50,446 nucleotides of DNA. It comes from Candidatus Dadabacteria bacterium (lineage in GTDB: Bacteria > Desulfobacterota_D > UBA1144 > Nemesobacterales > UBA2774). Made by a program: the position numbers and the translations under genes. Below the pieces are notes generated by a model, which saw nothing but the letters and a program-made list of their open reading frames with translations, was not told the DNA's origin and made no database searches. Shown one piece after another: positions 45,097 through 50,446 of the stretch; positions within the stretch are counted from its first letter, which is position 1; each line of letters starts with the position of its first letter. The DNA lies in assembly GCA_020027805.1 (NCBI GenBank), contig JAHKKQ010000002.1, positions 1 through 50,446 on the forward strand, written 5' to 3'.

Positions 45097-46288
45097 AGAG
45101 ACTGTCGAACGGATTGAAGAAAACAGGAGCCTGGGACTGGACGGCACATTGGGAAAGGTCAACGGCACGACAGGCAGGATCCTGGGCAAGGCGCTTTCCG
45201 GGGAGGAGGTCTCCGTTGGGGAAGCGGAGGAGCTTTTTAATATTACGGACCCCGACGAGCTATCCGCACTCGCCATAACCGCGGACGAGATAAGGAAGGA
45301 GGACGTCGGAGACGTCGTGACTTATGTAGTAAACAGGAATATCAACTTCACGAATATTTGCAACACGTACTGCGGATTCTGCAATTTCATGGCCCCCGAG
45401 GGTGACGAGAGGGCGTATTTCCTGTCCATGGACGAGATTGCGGATAAGGTGAAAGAGGCCTGGGATATAGGGGCTACAGAGGTCTGCATGCAGGGCGGGA
45501 TGCACCCCGATATAGACGGGAATTTTTATATAGAGCTTATCAAAGCCGTGAAAAGGGCCGTGCCCGAAATGCACACGCACGCCTTCTCGCCGTTCGAGAT
45601 ATACTACGGCGCCGAGACGTTGGGAATAAGCGAAGAGGTGTTCATCGAGAGGCTGAAAGACGTCGGCCACAACACGTTTCCCGGGACCGCGGCCGAGATA
45701 CTCGTCGAAGAGGTAAGGAAGATAATAGCCCCCAGGAAGATGCCCACCGAGGCGTGGATAAGGATAGTGAAGAAAGCGCACAAGGCGGGCATGCGTACCA
45801 CGTCCACGATAATGTACGGTCACGTGGACAAGCCTCACCACTGGGCCGAGCACATAGGGATCCTGCGCGACATACAGAAAGAGACAGGCGGCTTCACAGA
45901 GTTTGTCCCGCTCAGGTTCATACCCTGGAACACGCGTCTCTACAGGCACTCGAAGGGCAAGGTGCAGGAGGGGCCGGGCGATCTCAACCAGCTCAAGATG
46001 TACGGCGTCTCGAGGCTTATGCTCCGCGGGTGGATAAACAACATTCAGGTCTCGTGGGTCAAGCAGGGCCCCGAATTCGCCCAGTTCTCACTCACGGCGG
46101 GCGCGAACGATTTCGGCGGTACGCTCATGGAAGAGCAGATATCCCGCTCGGCTGGGGCGAGCTACGGGCAGTACTTCCCGCCCGAGGAGTTCAGGCGCCT
46201 CACATGGGAGATAGGCAGGATACCGGCCGAGAGGACTACGACCTACGGCATAAGGCAGATGTTCTCCCGGAATGAAGCCGCGCAGTGA
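45083..46288 (+). CDS. cofH: FO synthase subunit 2 (CofH)
   Basis: Radical-SAM motif CNTYCGFCNF. I chose ATG 45083, preceded by AGGAGG at 45071-45076, rather than the tracked alternative start at 45038. It overlaps the cofG stop by 14 nt. Confidence 0.88.
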   Translation: MEHIKETVERIEENRSLGLDGTLGKVNGTTGRILGKALSGEEVSVGEAEELFNITDPDELSALAITADEIRKEDVGDVVTYVVNRNINFTNICNTYCGFCNFMAPEGDERAYFLSMDEIADKVKEAWDIGATEVCMQGGMHPDIDGNFYIELIKAVKRAVPEMHTHAFSPFEIYYGAETLGISEEVFIERLKDVGHNTFPGTAAEILVEEVRKIIAPRKMPTEAWIRIVKKAHKAGMRTTSTIMYGHVDKPHHWAEHIGILRDIQKETGGFTEFVPLRFIPWNTRLYRHSKGKVQEGPGDLNQLKMYGVSRLMLRGWINNIQVSWVKQGPEFAQFSLTAGANDFGGTLMEEQISRSAGASYGQYFPPEEFRRLTWEIGRIPAERTTTYGIRQMFSRNEAAQ

Positions 46289-46300
46289 TTATGCGGGTTT

Positions 46301-47608
46301 TTATTGGGGGATAACTTCCCCGTAAAGGTCGTAAATATCCGCGTCCGTAATTTGTATTTTAACAAGGTCGCCGGTTTTCAAAATCTTCTTTCGTTCGATA
46401 TATGTGACTCCGTCCACTTCGGGGGCCTGCGAGGGTATTCTCGCGATATAGTTCCCGTTCTCTCTCCCCTCTATGAATCCTTCGTGTATGGAGCCTATGA
46501 GGGATTCATTCTTTCTAAGAGAGGCTTCCGATTGTACCGCCATGAGCCTTTCATATCTTTCCTCTTTAATCTCGTCGGGTATCTGACCTCTCATTACGCC
46601 CGCGGGAGTGCCTTCTTCCTGAGAGTATTTGAACGCACCCGCCCTGTCGAAACCCGTTTCCCCGACGAATTCGACTAGCTCTTCGAATTCCTCTTCAGTT
46701 TCTCCGGGGAACCCCACTATGAAAGTCGTCCGGAGCGTCACGTTCTCTATACGGCTCCTCAGTCTGTGAATGATGTCCCTTATCCTTTTAGCGGGGGTTT
46801 TCCTGTCCATGAGACCGAGAATCCGGTCATTGATATGCTGAAGCGGCATGTCGATATAAGGGAGGATCTTTTCTTCGTCCGCGATGAGTCCTATGAGTGA
46901 GTCCGTAAGTCCCCACGGGTAACAGTAATGGATCCTTATCCATTTTATGTCGTCGACTCTGACGAGGGCCCTCAGCATGTTCTCGAGGTTAGTCCCGATG
47001 TCCCTTCCGTAGCTCGTCATGTCCTGGGCTATGAGGTTTATTTCCCTGACCCCTCTTTCTGCCAGCCGGCCGGCCTCCCCGGCAATCGATTCGACGGGCC
47101 TGCTTTTCATAATCCCCCTCATCTTCGGGATTATGCAGAACGAGCATGTCCTCGAACAGCCTTCGGACACCTTCACGTACGCATAGTGTGCCGGTGTGAG
47201 GAGCACCCTCGGGGTGTCGGGGTCGTAGAGTGTTCCGGGAGGGTTTCTGTATATCCTGTCCGGCTGGATGTCGTTTAATGCCTCGTTGATTCTAAGGAGG
47301 TTTCCCGTGCCCCAGAACGCGTCCACTTCGGGGAGTTCGCGGCTCAGTACGCCGGCATACCTTTCGACGAGGCAGCCGGTCACGATTAATTTACGGCAGC
47401 TCCCCTCTTCCTTCCTCTTCGAGAGCTCGAGGATGGTATCGACTGATTCCTTCTTCGCGTCGCCGATGAAGCCGCATGTGTTTACGATTATTACTTCCGC
47501 GTTCTCTTCGGACGAGATCTCGTGTCCCGCGCTTTCGAGCGCTCCCGTGATGATCTCGCTGTCTACGAGGTTTTTTGAGCAGCCGAGGCTTACTATCGAT
47601 ATCTTCAT
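46301..47608 (-). CDS. rimO: Ribosomal protein S12 methylthiotransferase RimO
   Basis: 435 aa with a UPF0004 N-terminal domain (SLGCSKNLVDSE), the radical-SAM motif CSRTCSFC and a C-terminal TRAM domain. Confidence 0.92.
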   Translation of the reverse strand: MKISIVSLGCSKNLVDSEIITGALESAGHEISSEENAEVIIVNTCGFIGDAKKESVDTILELSKRKEEGSCRKLIVTGCLVERYAGVLSRELPEVDAFWGTGNLLRINEALNDIQPDRIYRNPPGTLYDPDTPRVLLTPAHYAYVKVSEGCSRTCSFCIIPKMRGIMKSRPVESIAGEAGRLAERGVREINLIAQDMTSYGRDIGTNLENMLRALVRVDDIKWIRIHYCYPWGLTDSLIGLIADEEKILPYIDMPLQHINDRILGLMDRKTPAKRIRDIIHRLRSRIENVTLRTTFIVGFPGETEEEFEELVEFVGETGFDRAGAFKYSQEEGTPAGVMRGQIPDEIKEERYERLMAVQSEASLRKNESLIGSIHEGFIEGRENGNYIARIPSQAPEVDGVTYIERKKILKTGDLVKIQITDADIYDLYGEVIPQ

Positions 47609-48723
47609 GCGCGTCTCTTGACTATGTGAGAAACCCCGCCTGAATCGAGAGTAAGCACGACTTCCCCTTCCTCGCTCTTGCCGAACGTCTCGAAAGCGAC
47701 GTCTTCCAGGTATTTAGATATGATGACGTCGAGGCCCCTCGCGCCCGTCTGCCTCTTGAGCGCCTCCTCGATAATGAAATCTATGACCTTCGGTTCTATG
47801 TGAAGCTTGAACCCCTCTTCCTCGAATTCCCTCTGGTAGTTTTGTATCTTGATGTGAATGATCTCCTTGAGCGTGCTCCTGTGGAGGGGGGCAAACGGGA
47901 CGATCCTGTTGTATCTCGAGATCAGCTCGGGGAGGAATCCGAACATATGGAACTTGGTGATATCGTCCGCTTCCTCTTCCGTGAGGTGATAGGCGATCGA
48001 ATCCTCGTCACCCGAGTGCTCCTCGAGTGTCTGCATAAAACCGACTCCTTTTCTTTCGTACAGGTTCCTTATGCCCGAGAAAGCCCCCACCGCGAAGAAC
48101 GTTATGTCCCGCGTGGATATGAGCGCCCTCGGCCCCCGGCTCGAAAACCCGAAATCAAGCGGTATCTGGACGTCTGTGCCTTCGAGGATTTTCAGGAGCT
48201 CTCTCTGCACACCGTATCCCGAGACGTCTTTCGTCGTGCCCTGGCCGGCGAACCTGGCGCTGCTGTATGCGCCCGCTATCTTGTCGAACTCGTCGAGCAC
48301 GACTACGCCGCATTCGGCGATGTCTATGCTCTCGTTGGCCGCGTATACGAGCTGGACGAGTATGTTTACCACGTCGTCCCCGACATAGCCCGACTCGGTG
48401 AATTTTGTCATGTCTATGATAACGAAGGGGAGCTTGAAAATCTCCCCGAAAAGGAGCTCGATGAGGTAGGTTTTACCGCACCCGGTCGGACCCATCAGAA
48501 TCGAATTCGGCCTGGGGGGCAGATTGGCTCTCGGGGTGTTCTTAGAGTGGAGGAGCTTTAGCCTCTTCACATGCCTATACGAGGCGAGGGATACTGCCTT
48601 CCTCGCAAGCGGCTGTCCCCTGTACCCGAGCTTCTCCAGCTCGTTGTATATCTTTTTGGGTGAGGGAAGAGGGACGGTCTGTATGAAGTCCTTGACATAG
48701 TAAACCTTTTCACCCCTTCTCAT
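47605..48723 (-). CDS. ClpX-like AAA+ ATPase lacking the N-terminal zinc-binding domain
   Basis: 372 aa with Walker A (GPTGCGKT), pore loop GYVG, Walker B (VVVLDEFDKI), DVSGYGVQRELLKILEG, a GVGF loop in place of the ClpX IGF loop, and a sensor-2 region (TGARGL). No Cys-cluster ZBD is present. Its stop overlaps the rimO start (ATGA). Confidence 0.75.
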   Translation of the reverse strand: MRRGEKVYYVKDFIQTVPLPSPKKIYNELEKLGYRGQPLARKAVSLASYRHVKRLKLLHSKNTPRANLPPRPNSILMGPTGCGKTYLIELLFGEIFKLPFVIIDMTKFTESGYVGDDVVNILVQLVYAANESIDIAECGVVVLDEFDKIAGAYSSARFAGQGTTKDVSGYGVQRELLKILEGTDVQIPLDFGFSSRGPRALISTRDITFFAVGAFSGIRNLYERKGVGFMQTLEEHSGDEDSIAYHLTEEEADDITKFHMFGFLPELISRYNRIVPFAPLHRSTLKEIIHIKIQNYQREFEEEGFKLHIEPKVIDFIIEEALKRQTGARGLDVIISKYLEDVAFETFGKSEEGEVVLTLDSGGVSHIVKRRA

Positions 48724-48915
48724 TGGCTATCCGACCTCGGAAAATACTATTCTATAAATTTTACGATTCATTTTCAAGTGATCTTCGTTATTATACCAGC
48801 ACCGTCGAATAAAAATCATTTTTTATAAGGGCCGATATTGCTGATTATATGATACAGTCTAAATTTGCGCTTTAAGTATGTAATTTAACCGGTTGATAAA
48901 GCGAATTTGACTGCA

Positions 48916-48944
48916 TTGACTATTTCGGGGACGGGTCTTATAAT
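48916..48944 (+). promoter_or_regulatory. Near-consensus sigma-70 promoter
   Basis: TTGACT-N17-TATAAT, about 44 nt upstream of the ATG at 48988. Confidence 0.55.
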
Positions 48945-48987
48945 TTGTCTATAGAAGTTCACACTTTACTTTAAAGGGGAGATGGAC

Positions 48988-49251
48988 ATGAAATATTTCG
49001 CAGCCTTGATAGTGGGTTTCATGCTTTTCGCTTCGAACGCCCTGGCGCAGGCGCCGCAGATAACGGATTACAAATACAACCCGGGCGATGCGCTCCACCC
49101 GTTTAAGCTGACAAGCCTGGCGTTGAGACCGCCTCTCGCTATAACGAGCGTATTCGTTAAGGGTACCTACTGGGTGTTCAATACCGATCCCATAAGAAGG
49201 GTTTTCAATATTGAATACGATCCGACGGTCAATATAGACGGGGATTATTAA
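48988..49251 (+). CDS. Small secreted hypothetical protein
   Basis: 87 aa from ATG 48988, with AAGGGGA 7 nt upstream (the tracked ORF starts 6 nt earlier). The signal peptide is MKYFAALIVGFMLFASNALA-QA. I recognise no family. Confidence 0.55.
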   Translation: MKYFAALIVGFMLFASNALAQAPQITDYKYNPGDALHPFKLTSLALRPPLAITSVFVKGTYWVFNTDPIRRVFNIEYDPTVNIDGDY

Positions 49252-49255
49252 TCCC

Positions 49256-49273
49256 TTCCCGGCTCGCCGGGAA
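49256..49273. terminator. Candidate bidirectional hairpin between convergent genes
   Basis: TTCCCGG-CTCG-CCGGGAA forms a perfect 7-bp stem with a 4-nt loop. It lies between the small secreted protein gene and argF. No clear U-tract is present on either strand. Confidence 0.3.
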
Positions 49274-49309
49274 CGAGGGCGCTTGGCCGGGGCCCGAGTC
49301 CCGAAAGCC

Positions 49310-50224
49310 TCAGCCTTTCATGAACATTTCCAGGATGGCTTTGCCTGTGTGCAGCTTGTTTTCGGCCTGCTCGAATATTATCGAATTGGGTCCGTCTGCT
49401 ACTTCGTTCGTAATCTCCTCTCCCCTGTGCGCCGGGAGGCAGTGCATCACGAACACCCCCTTTTTGGCGCGAGAGAGAAGCTCACCATTTATCTGGTAAG
49501 GCCTGAAGATTTTTTTCCTCTTCGCCGCGTCTTTTTCCTGTCCCATGCTGACCCAGACGTCCGTATATAATACGTCCGCGCCGGCCGCGGCTTTTGCCGG
49601 ATCGTTCAGGATCTCGATGTCCGCCTTACCGGGGGGCCCCTTTACGGAGAGCGCCTTGGGGTCGGGTTCGTAGCCTCTCGGTGTCGCGATCGAGAGCCGG
49701 AAGCCGAGAATCGCGGCTGCTCCCATAAACGAGTTGGCTACGTTGTTCCCATCGCCTATATAGGCGAATTTCATTTTCCCGGGGTCCAGGCCCATTTCTT
49801 TGATCGTAAACAGGTCCGACACTATCTGCGTGGGGTGCTCTAGATCCGTGAGCGCGTTTATAACTGGCACGCCCGCCGACCTTGCGAACTCTTCGAGCCT
49901 CTCCTGTTCATACGTCCTCAGGATTACGCCGTCCAGGTAGGAGGAAAGGATTTTAGACGTGTCGGAGATCGTTTCTCCCCTGCCGAGCTGCATATCGTTC
50001 GGATTCAGATAGAGGGAGTTTGCGCCGAGGTCGTTTATCGCCACTTCGAATGAAACCCGCGTCCTCGTCGAGAGCTTTTCAAAAACGAGCCCGATCGATT
50101 TACCGTTGAGAGAGGGGCGCGTCCTGCCGGATTTTTTTTCGGCTTTAAGCTTCGCGGCTCTTTTGAAAAGGGATTCGAGCTCCTTCTTTGTGAGATCGGA
50201 TATCCTGAGGAAGTGTCTAGGCAA
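49310..50224 (-). CDS. argF: Ornithine carbamoyltransferase
   Basis: 304 aa with the motifs STRTRVSFE, HPTQ, DGNNV and HCLP. The TTG start overlaps the argD stop by 8 nt. Confidence 0.93.
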   Translation of the reverse strand: MPRHFLRISDLTKKELESLFKRAAKLKAEKKSGRTRPSLNGKSIGLVFEKLSTRTRVSFEVAINDLGANSLYLNPNDMQLGRGETISDTSKILSSYLDGVILRTYEQERLEEFARSAGVPVINALTDLEHPTQIVSDLFTIKEMGLDPGKMKFAYIGDGNNVANSFMGAAAILGFRLSIATPRGYEPDPKALSVKGPPGKADIEILNDPAKAAAGADVLYTDVWVSMGQEKDAAKRKKIFRPYQINGELLSRAKKGVFVMHCLPAHRGEEITNEVADGPNSIIFEQAENKLHTGKAILEMFMKG

Positions 50225-50446
50225 CGGTTACCTCTTTCAGCGATCTGCGGATTATTTTGAGCGCATGGTCGATCTCGTTCTTTTTCACGATAAGCGGCGG
50301 TAGTATCCTCATTACCTTCTGCTCGGTGAGTAAGGTGAGGAGCCCGCTGTTCGAGCACTTCCCGACCGCATCCTTTGCAGTCTCTGCGCTTATAAATTCG
50401 ATACCGAGTATCAGCCCTTTGCCTCTTACGTCCCTGACGAGTTCAC
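50217..50446 (-). CDS. argD: Acetylornithine aminotransferase, 3' end only (5' part outside the window)
   Basis: My own translation of the minus strand gives ELVRDVRGKGLILGIEFISAETAKDAVGKCSNSGLLTLLTEQKVMRILPPLIVKKNEIDHALKIIRRSLKEVTVA*. This is typical of a class-III aminotransferase C-terminus. The ORF is not in the supplied track because it has no start codon in the window. Confidence 0.85.
   Translation of the reverse strand, partial: ELVRDVRGKGLILGIEFISAETAKDAVGKCSNSGLLTLLTEQKVMRILPPLIVKKNEIDHALKIIRRSLKEVTVA

Noticed and set aside
1-50446. Scan for CRISPR arrays, tandem repeats, IS elements, toxin-antitoxin pairs, retron/DGR reverse transcriptases and phage genes.
   Set aside because: None recognised by eye. 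There are no regularly spaced direct repeats and no transposase, integrase or RT-like translations in the ORF track. A computational repeat search would be more sensitive than reading by eye.

Overview
This is a chromosomal, mostly housekeeping window from a diderm (Gram-negative-type) bacterium. I could not assign a lineage from sequence alone. I see no CRISPR array, transposase, integrase, prophage or classic defence genes.

Coding content, left to right:
- 5'-truncated SAM methyltransferase
- rplM-rpsI-inositol-3-phosphate synthase operon
- glcD-glcE-DUF3891-glcF glycolate oxidase operon
- small accessory patch: two divergent secreted/lipoproteins (one with HExxH) and a DUF1461 membrane protein
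- nhaA, LLM flavin oxidoreductase, EamA transporter
- orphan secretin-N0-domain protein
- tandem-hotdog acyl-CoA thioesterase and an NAD(P)-binding reductase
- two paralogous REC-PAS signalling genes: a GGDEF cyclase and a hybrid histidine kinase, the latter behind a near-consensus sigma-54 promoter
- pepF, yqeY-like gene, hpt, tyrS
- bacterial type-A RNase P RNA (missed by the ORF track), rnhA, COG1579 zinc-ribbon protein, tRNA-CAT
- lytic transglycosylase, DUF35 protein
- thiD-folD, folK, pterin-4a-carbinolamine dehydratase
- long minus-strand run: ppiD-like chaperone, pseudo-REC/DUF4388/J-domain/TPR giant protein, smc, secA, moxR, small membrane protein
- cofD-cofG-cofH (F420/FO biosynthesis)
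- rimO translationally coupled to a zinc-finger-less ClpX-like ATPase
- small secreted protein behind a consensus sigma-70 promoter
- argF and the 3' end of argD

Most worth a second look:
- two perfect DnaA boxes in an 11-nt inverted repeat, in the convergent folD/folK spacer
- the sigma-54/UAS architecture in front of the REC-PAS genes
- the HD-motif DUF3891 gene embedded in glcDEF
- the orphan N0-domain protein
- the ClpX-like/rimO coupling
- orphan moxR downstream of secA
- the multidomain J-protein

None of these is proven to be a new system. All functional calls rest on my recognition of motifs in the supplied translations, not on database searches.
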